Position numbers and translations under genes: made by a program
Notes under the pieces: model-generated
The model's database searches: none
What the model was told of the DNA's origin: nothing
The model's input: the letters and a program-made list of their open reading frames with translations, nothing else
From: a virus
Lineage: Duplodnaviria > Caudoviricetes
Virus record (IMG/VR): IMGVR_UViG_3300020045_013322
Location: 1 to 24,967 of that record
Reading direction: 5' to 3' (one strand)
Length of the DNA: 24,967 nucleotides
Part shown: piece after piece, positions 1-7,745 of the stretch
Layout: each line of letters starts with the position of its first letter
Numbering within the stretch: the first letter of the stretch is position 1

Positions 1-40
1 AGTTTAGGTTTAATTTTTCCGTCAAATTTACTTGTCTCAT
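1..40 (-). CDS. 5' end of a gene running off the window edge (MRQVNLTEKLNLN...)
   Basis: ATG at 40-38 preceded by GGATTGAGG RBS, a repeated leader and a sigma70-like promoter; frame open to the window edge. Confidence 0.6.
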   Translation of the reverse strand, partial: MRQVNLTEKLNLN

Positions 41-45
41 TTTCC

Positions 46-77
46 TCAATCCCTTCGTTTCGTCCTGCCTTACAATA
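46..77 (-). repeat. Promoter-proximal leader repeat, copy 1 (TATTGTAAGGCAGGACGAAACGAAGGGATTGA)
   Basis: Matches 10499-10531 (+) with one mismatch and one 1-nt indel. Confidence 0.9.
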
Positions 78-80
78 GTA

Positions 81-108
81 AGTATACCCCATTGGGTGGC
101 ATTGTAAA
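81..108 (-). promoter_or_regulatory. Sigma70-type promoter TTTACA-N16-TATACT
   Basis: Near-consensus -35/-10 read on the minus strand directly upstream of the repeated leader. Confidence 0.65.
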
Positions 109-197
109 GTGTTTATGAAAAGTTTTTTCTTAGTAAAACCGCAGGTAGACTGGTTAAAGCAAAAATTATTCAAAAAAGGTTTTAGATTTTGGGCAAT

Positions 198-244
198 AAA
201 AAAAGCCCCGCCTCAAGGATTACTCCAAGAGACGGGGCTTTTTT
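198..244. terminator. Intrinsic terminator, probably bidirectional
   Basis: AAAAAAAGCCCCG...CGGGGCTTTTTT stem with A and T tracts on either side, just downstream of the stop of 252-476. Confidence 0.85.
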
Positions 245-251
245 CTGCGTT

Positions 252-476
252 TTAATAAGTTATAAGAGGTCCGGCTCTCCCGAACGTGGCCGTCATGGCA
301 GATTTAGATGAGTAGAAGATACCGCAGGCCAACGCGGCAAGAACGACGCCGTAAGCAAGTCCGCCGCCAGGGTCTGGCAGCGTCGCCACCGTCTGTACGA
401 TCACGGCAATGACCGCGCTGGTGACAACCGCTAAGACCAGTAGCAATAGATACGTGACACCAAGTAGCTTTTTCAT
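252..476 (-). CDS. Small two-TM membrane protein, possible holin
   Basis: 74 aa with two hydrophobic segments; strong AAGGAGGTG RBS; close to the endolysin. Holin role is inferred from context only. Confidence 0.55.
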   Translation of the reverse strand: MKKLLGVTYLLLLVLAVVTSAVIAVIVQTVATLPDPGGGLAYGVVLAALACGIFYSSKSAMTATFGRAGPLITY

Positions 477-566
477 GGGACTCCACCTCCTTTCAGCTTG
501 CGCAAATTAGCAAACTGACCCCTGGAAACGCGCATGACCAGGGATAATTTAATGATGCTTGAGCGA

Positions 567-752
567 CTAATTGCCATCTTTCGGCTGGTCTTTGGCCTCA
601 AATCGCCCGCAATCCAGATCGACCGTACCGCTGCCACGGTGAGCATCCCCTAGGTTGTGGATGATGGTGATTGCGCCTTGGAGTACAGCGGCGTCGCGGC
701 AGGGCTGCTGTTGCTTGCATTCGATACATTTGTTTTTCAGGTAATACGACAT
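567..752 (-). CDS. Small Cys-containing hypothetical protein
   Basis: 61 aa, CxxC...C...C, GAGGTG RBS upstream. Confidence 0.65.
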   Translation of the reverse strand: MSYYLKNKCIECKQQQPCRDAAVLQGAITIIHNLGDAHRGSGTVDLDCGRFEAKDQPKDGN

Positions 753-820
753 TGTTTCACCTCTATTCGTTTGAGAGTGGAATAAAATTCAGGAATAGTT
801 TTGGGAATAATTTGCGACGA

Positions 821-1615
821 TTATGCCAACCGTCGCCACCATCCGCCGCGCTTGTTAATCGCCGCGACCGTCGTCAAAACAACGCCATAGGCGCGTCCGC
901 GGGACTCAACGACCTGCCCGTTTCCGACATAAATCCCGACGTGCCAAGAGCGACCTTTCGGGCCCATGAAAAACACGTCGCCGATTTCGGTAGGCTCTGT
1001 GAGCGCGGTCGTAAAAGCCGCCTCTTGAGCCACCGTCCAATCTCCGACATCGCGGCTGTAGCATTGCCGATAGAGCCATTCGACCAGCTCCGAGCAATCA
1101 AAGCTTTTCGGGTTGGGGTCTGAGCCGCTAACAATCGCGCCCCATACATAGGGTTTTCCGACTTGCGCCAGCGCCAGGCGTCGAAGTTTGTCCTTCGCGC
1201 CCTCGTTTGTCGGTACAGTGACCGCCGGTCTTGTCGGCCAGATTTGCCGGGCCGCGATTGTCGCCGGGCCCACAACTCCGTCTGCGCCGATTCCGGCCAC
1301 GACCTGAAACCGCTTAATAGCTGCCTCGGTCAGCGTTCCCGGATAGCTGTCGATCGATCCCGCGCGGAAACTGTTCTGGTTCAACCAGCTCTGCCAATCT
1401 CGGCATTGCTGCATGGCCTTGTAGGTGTTATCGCCCGGCCATCCGTCGATCGCGCCGGGGTCAAAACCGTGTTCCTTCAAGGCTGTTTGCCAAAGCGCGA
1501 TCTTGTTGATCGCCGCGTTGGTTTTCGGGCCACGAACTCCGTCGATCGCTCCGTCATAAACACCGAGCAGCTTTAGCGCTCGCTGCCAATTCTCCGATAT
1601 TTGTGGATACGCCAT
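821..1615 (-). CDS. Endolysin / cell wall hydrolase: repeated PG-binding domains plus C-terminal NlpC/P60 peptidase
   Basis: Repeated W/FQ...GAIDGxxGxxT units; YVWG, FDCSELV and HVGIYVGNG NlpC/P60 motifs. Confidence 0.9.
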   Translation of the reverse strand: MAYPQISENWQRALKLLGVYDGAIDGVRGPKTNAAINKIALWQTALKEHGFDPGAIDGWPGDNTYKAMQQCRDWQSWLNQNSFRAGSIDSYPGTLTEAAIKRFQVVAGIGADGVVGPATIAARQIWPTRPAVTVPTNEGAKDKLRRLALAQVGKPYVWGAIVSGSDPNPKSFDCSELVEWLYRQCYSRDVGDWTVAQEAAFTTALTEPTEIGDVFFMGPKGRSWHVGIYVGNGQVVESRGRAYGVVLTTVAAINKRGGWWRRLA

Positions 1616-1628
1616 ATCTTTCCCCTTT

Positions 1629-1677
1629 GCTTCAATAAATCCCGTCAGTTACTGGGAACTGTCCCGCATTAATAAAT
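1629..1677 (-). other. Solitary CRISPR-repeat-like hairpin element ending in ATTGAAGC (tentative)
   Basis: Minus strand reads ATTTATTAATGC-GGGACAGTTCCCAGTAACTGACGGG-ATTTATTGAAGC; TCCC/GGGA stem followed by ATTGAAGC. Confidence 0.25.
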
Positions 1678-1696
1678 ATAGTAATGTATTAGTTCG

Positions 1697-1748
1697 TAAA
1701 AATACTAGATTTTTTAAAAAATTAATATATATTTACTTTATGTTCGGC
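1697..1748 (+). repeat. 52-bp direct repeat, left copy
   Basis: TAAAAATACTAGATTTTTTAAAAAATTAATATATATTTACTTTATGTTCGGC is identical to 8480-8531. Confidence 0.97.
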
Positions 1749-1751
1749 ATG

Positions 1752-2504
1752 TTATCTGTCGAGTTCGGGAAATCTTTTCATCCACGCATTGTATTCGTCC
1801 GAATATACACGCTTCCAGTCCTCCCAAACGCCATGTCTCCTAATGGCCCCCGCCCCTCCGGTCGCAAAAACAAACCCCGATCTAGCGCTTTCACGACCAC
1901 AGTAAGCATCATCGTAAATTCGTAACCACGGCAAATCATTCGTCACAAGATATGACCATATTTCCGCGCCCTTCCAACTAGACATAGGCAAACAGATGCT
2001 TGTTCCATCTTTGCGTGTATAATCTACGCCATGAGTTATCGCATTCATTCTTCTAGCATAGGATTCATCTGATCGCAATCCCAAAAAAACACCAGAACAA
2101 CCCAAGTCACGTAATGTCATGCTCATGTTTTTTTCAAATTCCTGCTTCCACCATTTGACAGCATCCCGCTGTTCTTTTGTTTCCGCTTGCGAAAATCCCC
2201 CACCTGCTCGTTCATACATCTCCCATTCTCCTGGGGTACGCACTTCGATATAATTTGCCTTTGCCATATCGGGACGAGCCAAAACCAAATCACGAACCCT
2301 ATCCATGTCCGAAAATCTTTCAGCCAGATTAGGGTAACGTGCATTAATTATGTTTATTTTGGGATTAATACTCGCGGCGAGGTGGAGCAACACAACAGAA
2401 TCTTTTCCCCATGAAGTAGATACGGCATAGTCAAGATGGCCCGCTATTAGAATGTGCGTCTGTTCAATAAGCCACTTAGTTTTGGAATACTTATATTGCG
2501 CCAA
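1752..2504 (-). CDS. cysH: CysH-like PAPS-reductase-family protein, type IV-B accessory
   Basis: PP-loop variant SWGKDS, GLRSDES, PMSSW; last gene of the csf operon; lacks C-terminal ECGLH. Frame is open upstream to a CTG at 2531 with a GAGG RBS, so the start may be earlier. Confidence 0.85.
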   Translation of the reverse strand: MAQYKYSKTKWLIEQTHILIAGHLDYAVSTSWGKDSVVLLHLAASINPKINIINARYPNLAERFSDMDRVRDLVLARPDMAKANYIEVRTPGEWEMYERAGGGFSQAETKEQRDAVKWWKQEFEKNMSMTLRDLGCSGVFLGLRSDESYARRMNAITHGVDYTRKDGTSICLPMSSWKGAEIWSYLVTNDLPWLRIYDDAYCGRESARSGFVFATGGAGAIRRHGVWEDWKRVYSDEYNAWMKRFPELDR

Positions 2505-2517
2505 ATAAGACGCTCTC

Positions 2518-3180
2518 TCAAGCGCTTTCAGTGGGAGCCTCTAATATATGATAATCAGGGAGTCGTTCCAAAACAACGGAAAGTCTCTTGTGATTAAGCT
2601 CGGTGCCCACAAACCGCTGTCCATTTTTATGTGCGTTTATGGCAACCAGTCCCCGCCCCATACACAAGTCACCGATACAACTATAGTCTTCATATGCGCA
2701 CACCCATTTAATCACGTCTTCTTCATCAAGACCATCGAGAGGTGTTTTTTGTCTTTTAGCACTTCCCCGCACAACATAGCAAAAATTAGTTTTTTTATGA
2801 TAGTACATGGTGTTATAAAAGATGACATGCTTATACAGCCCCTTCATTTCAAGGATAAACTCAGCCAAATACTCTTTACCCACCTCGACATAAGCTGTTC
2901 TTGCGCCAATCTCGGAGATGCACTTAAATAAACGCTTGTAAAAACTTTCAAAACTATTATGGCGTTCCATTTGCTCCGCCTTAGTGTAAAAACAGTTTAA
3001 ATTTCCCAGATTCCAAGGAGGATCAATAAATAGTATATCCGCACCAAACATGAAATCAGGGAGGGGCTTAAAAATATCGTGTACCTTAAGTGCGCTTCCG
3101 TCCTTATAAATGACAACACTTCCTTCTTCTATAGGATGTCGCCGATAGGCATTTCCGTAGTTCCACCTAGACAAATTCAT
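2518..3180 (-). CDS. Compact amino-methyltransferase (N6A/N4C-like, beta motif order)
   Basis: DPPW catalytic motif near the N-terminus; SAM-binding-like DLCMGRG...GTEL near the C-terminus; only 220 aa. Confidence 0.75.
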   Translation of the reverse strand: MNLSRWNYGNAYRRHPIEEGSVVIYKDGSALKVHDIFKPLPDFMFGADILFIDPPWNLGNLNCFYTKAEQMERHNSFESFYKRLFKCISEIGARTAYVEVGKEYLAEFILEMKGLYKHVIFYNTMYYHKKTNFCYVVRGSAKRQKTPLDGLDEEDVIKWVCAYEDYSCIGDLCMGRGLVAINAHKNGQRFVGTELNHKRLSVVLERLPDYHILEAPTESA

Positions 3181-3703
3181 CTACCTCAGACATTTCCCAA
3201 GCTTTAGAATATGTCTGTTTTTTAAACAGCTCAGCAATCCCAGTAATCTGCTTTAACCGGAAAACCTCCTCTAATTCCATCCCTAATTGCTGGGATATAG
3301 CATTATCGTCAACGCCTTGCTCAATTAAAGCCCGAACCAAGTCCCCCATAAGCTCTACCTGATGAACCCCCCTAGCACGATTAAATTGCACTGTTGCCGC
3401 CATACGCTGACTAATGTCATGTCCCAAAACAATAATAGGAATCTGCTTCGCCTCAAAATAATCCCTAAGAATCAAGTAGCGATGGAACCCATCAATGATT
3501 ATATACTTCTCAATATCGGAGTCCCAGATAGTAACCACGGCAAAACAAAAACCATTTGCTACAATCGACTCTTCGAGTAATTCCATATTATTCGATGCCA
3601 CTGAATTGGGGTTATATGTGTTAGCTTGCACCTGGTCAATATCCACAATCCTCACATCCAAGCACGGCAAACTTATAATCCCCTTTTTAGTTTCAATTAT
3701 CAT
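3167..3703 (-). CDS. ibrB: IbrB-like ParB/Srx-domain protein
   Basis: ANTYNPNSVA, IIDGFHRY, FNRARGVH motifs; start moved to ATG 3703 (GGAGGAG RBS, ATGA overlap with the upstream stop). Confidence 0.85.
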   Translation of the reverse strand: MIIETKKGIISLPCLDVRIVDIDQVQANTYNPNSVASNNMELLEESIVANGFCFAVVTIWDSDIEKYIIIDGFHRYLILRDYFEAKQIPIIVLGHDISQRMAATVQFNRARGVHQVELMGDLVRALIEQGVDDNAISQQLGMELEEVFRLKQITGIAELFKKQTYSKAWEMSEVDEFV

Positions 3704-4830
3704 AATAAGCTCCTCCATTTCTGAATTAACACATCTCGTGGGTCAGGCATATTGCTGACTGGCAGGTTGTTTTCATAATCATTCAAAACCAGCTGCCGGC
3801 ACTGCTGCCTCGCCACATAGTTATTGTCTAAATGACTACCGAACCGTTTCTCGAAAATTGATTTCTTCTCTGTGTCCGGATAAGTGGCTAAAAGAAAGTC
3901 ACGATATTCCCGCCATGCCGCAAAGCCCTTCGGTAGCTTACGCACGCGAAACATCCTGTTATCTTTCCCATAAAGATTGCCTACACTGATACCCTTAATC
4001 CGCCTGAGTAGGCGATCGTATGTTTTTGGCTCGAACTCCGGCAATTCTACCAGTGCGCTAAACGACTTCTCATGAATGAGGCTTGATACGCGAATCTCGT
4101 TTATACCAAGCCCCTTCTTATGCATGCAGTCATAGATTTTGGAATATCGCACCTTGTTATCATAAATATACTTCCAGATATCATGATAATTCCAGTCATA
4201 AATAGGATAAAATGAATAGTTACTACCAGTGGGGTGCTTGGTACACCAAAACACATCTTTATATCCTGGATTTTTAGAAACCGCCCGCCATCTATTCATA
4301 CTCTCAGTTGCACGAAGACCGACCATAAATGCGGTGTCTTGCCTTGAATTCTGAAAATTATCAAGAACATCGTAAAACCCAAACCCCTTGTTCTTGTTCC
4401 GTATGGTATCATGCTCTGAGGACCACGGCTTATGTTGTATAGCAAATGATTTTTTAGGACGCATCCATATCTTGTGCTTGCCTACTTCCCAACACTTCAA
4501 CTGGCTTTCAGTAAGACTTGTCGCATTAGTTAAGTTAAACTCAATCTGATGCCACAGCTTTATCGTATTCTCCGGAGACATATCCATAAGATACTCAACC
4601 TGCCGAATTGTGCTTTCGTAAACCACTTCCTCATCAAGAAAGAACAACCCAATTTTGCGACGCCGTCGGCGGGCTTCGGAGAGCGCCAGATGAGCAAGCA
4701 CAGTACTATCCTTGCCACCGCTAATAGACACAATGATATTCTCGAACTCGTCAAATATATAGGACATGCGTTCTCTTGTCGCATCGAGAACAGTTTTATT
4801 TATATAGATTTGCCTGAACATAAATTGCAT
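3700..4830 (-). CDS. ibrA: IbrA-like PAPS-reductase-family (PP-loop) protein
   Basis: SISGGKDS, FLDEE, GLRATESMNR, YPIYDW, RVSSLIH; coupled to an IbrB-like gene. Confidence 0.85.
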   Translation of the reverse strand: MQFMFRQIYINKTVLDATRERMSYIFDEFENIIVSISGGKDSTVLAHLALSEARRRRRKIGLFFLDEEVVYESTIRQVEYLMDMSPENTIKLWHQIEFNLTNATSLTESQLKCWEVGKHKIWMRPKKSFAIQHKPWSSEHDTIRNKNKGFGFYDVLDNFQNSRQDTAFMVGLRATESMNRWRAVSKNPGYKDVFWCTKHPTGSNYSFYPIYDWNYHDIWKYIYDNKVRYSKIYDCMHKKGLGINEIRVSSLIHEKSFSALVELPEFEPKTYDRLLRRIKGISVGNLYGKDNRMFRVRKLPKGFAAWREYRDFLLATYPDTEKKSIFEKRFGSHLDNNYVARQQCRQLVLNDYENNLPVSNMPDPRDVLIQKWRSLL

Positions 4831-5671
4831 CTACTCTCGCTTTCCACTTCATAAATTCAGACGCCAACACGGTATCAATCGGGAGCGTTGTGCTTAAATA
4901 CCTAAGTTTACTTAATTGAGCGGCTTTCAAAAAATCATTAAAATTTAATCGCCGGTAGTGCATATCAATTATCGTAAAATCACCCTTACCAGAGATTTCC
5001 TCATATGTTCTCACATTATCTAGCTTAATTCTTTTATTCCGAGCAACGTAAACATCAATATCATTCAAGGCGTTCTTTTTAATGTCGCCAGCAAGAAGCT
5101 GTAATGCACGGGGAATCGTGTTAGGATCTTTTTCACCTAGATCAGCAAATAACTGATCTCTCTTTTTCTTATATCGCTTCAAATCATGACGTGAAGTCAT
5201 AACATTAATTACTTGTAAATGCATCCTAAACGGTTTTATTTTGATATTTTCTGTTTGAAGAAAAACATAATCAAATAACTTGCTCTTATATTTTGTCTTG
5301 TCCTCAAAATCTAATAAAATCATGAAATCATCTTTGTTGTCGATAATTGGAAAGAACTCAAAAATAATCTTATGTGATGTCTGATTGCAATAATGGTGAA
5401 CACAATTATAGGTAAGATCATTTCGGTTCTGCGTCCTCATGCACCCATCAAGCACAATTAAGCTGGTTTCTCCAATTTCCTCCAAGAGACGATAAAAGTA
5501 TTTATACATTACAATATTAGAATATTCGATATATTCTATGGAACAGCCAACCTTAAACGTAATAGGGCAGTTTTTATGATAAAAGCAAAATATTTTATCT
5601 ATTCCATGGCTTTCTAAATATTTGCTAAGCTCTTTTTGTTTTTCTTGAGAACTAAGTCCAATTCGTATCAT
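4796..5671 (-). CDS. Hypothetical protein resembling an inactivated SNF2/SF2 ATPase domain
   Basis: LIVLDGCMRTQNRN...KIIFEFFPII...DFMILLDF parallels SNF2 motifs II-III; no Walker A; start moved to ATG 5671 (ATGA overlap with csf3 stop). Confidence 0.55.
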   Translation of the reverse strand: MIRIGLSSQEKQKELSKYLESHGIDKIFCFYHKNCPITFKVGCSIEYIEYSNIVMYKYFYRLLEEIGETSLIVLDGCMRTQNRNDLTYNCVHHYCNQTSHKIIFEFFPIIDNKDDFMILLDFEDKTKYKSKLFDYVFLQTENIKIKPFRMHLQVINVMTSRHDLKRYKKKRDQLFADLGEKDPNTIPRALQLLAGDIKKNALNDIDVYVARNKRIKLDNVRTYEEISGKGDFTIIDMHYRRLNFNDFLKAAQLSKLRYLSTTLPIDTVLASEFMKWKARVDAIYVQANLYK

Positions 5672-6429
5672 ATCTTCGGCACCATACACGCACGCCACCA
5701 AGGGGCATACCAATACGGCGGTGTCCATCCTCGAAGTGGGGACAATATTCCTTTTGGTGTCTTCCCGGCGTAATATTCGACCGGCACAGTGCGAAGAGAT
5801 AGCACGTCATCTAACGAGTGATCGGCAGGTGTCACGCTCCATTTAGCCACCCGGCCGTAACCCATGCTCCCCTTTTTCCCGATGTGTGTTACGACGGAAA
5901 GTAATTTTTCTATTTCTTCGGCATGACCAATGCTTAGCGCGTGAAGCTTCCCGACCTGAGACGCTACGACAGGTGTTCGATATTCCTTGTATCGACCGGC
6001 TCGTGAGTTCGCGCTAAGTTTGTGTCCGAACTCTGCCCGGTGAGATGGATATCGTTTGTGCCAATATTCTCGGAACTCATGCGGCTCTGAGAGCGCCATA
6101 AGCGGCGAACAAGCCCATAGCGGCAACCCTTCATCGCTAATCCATGCCATTTTGAGCGGCAAAGGAAAAGTTGCCGCATCGTCGAAATTGCTTGGCGCAG
6201 GATGGGCCGTCATTACGGCAAACGCTAAAATCGAATCAAGGTGTGTTAGTCCGCGCTCGGCATGGATAATAGGTGTCACGAGTTCAGCGGCAACGACAAG
6301 AGGCGTTTTTTCAAGAGATGCAAAATAATCCCGCCTGCCCTGCCATGTGTGCGTTTCGCGGTTTTCCCTATGGTGCTTATTGGCGACTCTCGGAAGGGGG
6401 TGAAGTTTCCCCCAATCTACTGGGAACAT
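5668..6429 (-). CDS. csf3: Type IV CRISPR-Cas Csf3 (Cas5 group RAMP)
   Basis: PLVVAAELVTPII, LDSILA, PLPL, WACS, YWHKR, GRYKEYRTP, Gly-rich IGKKGSMGYGRV, C-terminal PPYW; follows csf2. Confidence 0.9.
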   Translation of the reverse strand: MFPVDWGKLHPLPRVANKHHRENRETHTWQGRRDYFASLEKTPLVVAAELVTPIIHAERGLTHLDSILAFAVMTAHPAPSNFDDAATFPLPLKMAWISDEGLPLWACSPLMALSEPHEFREYWHKRYPSHRAEFGHKLSANSRAGRYKEYRTPVVASQVGKLHALSIGHAEEIEKLLSVVTHIGKKGSMGYGRVAKWSVTPADHSLDDVLSLRTVPVEYYAGKTPKGILSPLRGWTPPYWYAPWWRACMVPKI

Positions 6430-7259
6430 AATACCCGTTCCGTGCCTAGTGTACCGGCAATCAGTCCTGCGCGCATGGCGTCCCGATTAGCAGACACATG
6501 GTCAATATAGGCATCGGCTGACGGCAAATCCTGGTTGACGACAGCCATGCGCCCGCGTCCCTGCCTTGCCTGACCGCCAAAATAGCCGTCCCAATTACTG
6601 ATCGCGTGGGCAAGAGTGGCCTTTGTCGGCTCTGGTGTATGGGGATCGAGTGTTGCCTCAACAAGGAGCTTCGCGCCGGAGGCAATGGTTTCATAGGTGT
6701 ATAGCATTTGGTTTCCCGCCGATTCGCCGCCGGTTCCGCGTGTGCGCGTTTCCTCGGTCAACAAATCATAGGCACTGACGGTTTTGGCCTCCTCGACCAG
6801 CTCCGGGGACACATGTTCAAGCATTGGGGCATATTCGCGGGCCACTAGCCAGGCTGCCAGCCTTAGTCGTGAACGAGGTAATATGAATCCGTCTACCGCG
6901 CCGCCTAATAGATCGAGCGACGAATATAAGTTTTTCACTTGATGCCCTAGCGCAATCTCGTTTCCCGGAGCCTTACTCCCAGCGGCCATGTTCCCCCCGG
7001 AAAAAAGCAAATTCATGACCGATTGCGGAAGCTCTCCGTGTCCGATTCCGAGCGATTTCAAAAGATCGTCATGAAGCGTTTCCCGGAAAATTATCGATCT
7101 AAGCGCGTTCTCTGAAATAGACGGCACTCGTCCCGGTTTTCCATTTACAAGCATTCCCTGCCGCATGAATATGCGAACGTTAGTTTGATTGTCCACGCCA
7201 GTCACTGTATCACCGTGGGATATTGGTGTTATGGCCTGCAAAAGTATTGTGTATTGCAC
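6417..7259 (-). CDS. csf2: Type IV CRISPR-Cas Csf2 (Cas7 group backbone)
   Basis: AITPISHGD, VPSISENALRS, LFSGG, LLGG, TRTR, QMLYTYE, Gly-rich FGGQARQGRG; likely start GTG 7259 after GAGGGGGAG. Confidence 0.92.
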   Translation of the reverse strand: MQYTILLQAITPISHGDTVTGVDNQTNVRIFMRQGMLVNGKPGRVPSISENALRSIIFRETLHDDLLKSLGIGHGELPQSVMNLLFSGGNMAAGSKAPGNEIALGHQVKNLYSSLDLLGGAVDGFILPRSRLRLAAWLVAREYAPMLEHVSPELVEEAKTVSAYDLLTEETRTRGTGGESAGNQMLYTYETIASGAKLLVEATLDPHTPEPTKATLAHAISNWDGYFGGQARQGRGRMAVVNQDLPSADAYIDHVSANRDAMRAGLIAGTLGTERVLCSQ

Positions 7260-7668
7260 AAGTCTCCCCCTCGTCAACATCGCTCATATCGACGTTACGC
7301 GCTTTCCTGTCCTTCTTCTCCTCGTCATGGAGCATTCTCGCCAAAGTTATACAGCTCGCCGTTTCGGTCGCCAAAACTCGGAGAACGCCAACCCCATCGG
7401 GAGCCGATATGGCCTCGACAATTTTTTCGTCTGCCCATTTTGGGGGCACCGGCCAATTCATGCGCCTAAGTAACAGCGCCCAGAATCGCGGAAGGTTTTC
7501 CGCCTGAACAGCTACTATTTCGACCCTTCCGGCAAGCACATTGTAGCGCTCAGGGCCGGTAAATATCCCTGTACCATCTTTGCTATTGAAACAATTTAGA
7601 GATAACTTTAATAGATTTATTCCGGCATTTTGGGCTGGCGTTAATGATTCCATCAGCTCCTTTAGCAT
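7210..7668 (-). CDS. cas11: Type IV-B small subunit (Cas11-like)
   Basis: About 150 aa, helical character, positioned between csf1 and csf2 as in type IV-B loci. Confidence 0.7.
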   Translation of the reverse strand: MLKELMESLTPAQNAGINLLKLSLNCFNSKDGTGIFTGPERYNVLAGRVEIVAVQAENLPRFWALLLRRMNWPVPPKWADEKIVEAISAPDGVGVLRVLATETASCITLARMLHDEEKKDRKARNVDMSDVDEGETCAIHNTFAGHNTNIPR

Positions 7669-7704
7669 TTTCTTTTCCTTCCTTTTCCTTCTATATCTTA
7701 TCTA

Positions 7705-7739
7705 TATTATTATACAAACCAAAATCATTTAATTTAGAA
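7705..7739 (-). promoter_or_regulatory. Phage promoter motif, copy inside the cas operon
   Basis: TTCTAAATTAAATGATTTTGGTTTGTATAATAATA; 32/35 identical to 22245-22279; perfect TATAAT. Confidence 0.85.
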
Positions 7740-7745
7740 AATAAA

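Noticed and set aside
671-1576. Plus-strand ORFs 671-1123 and 1163-1576 and other overlapping short ORFs in the track
   Set aside because: Shadow frames of well-supported genes with no recognisable motifs
1697-1748. Direct repeats as attL/attR or transposon ends
   Set aside because: No integrase, transposase, tRNA fragment or terminal inverted repeats in the window; kept only as a generic repeat finding
1752-4830. cysH-like genes as sulfur-assimilation auxiliary metabolic genes
   Set aside because: Catalytic ECGLH motif absent; context is csf, ParB and MTase genes with no other cys genes
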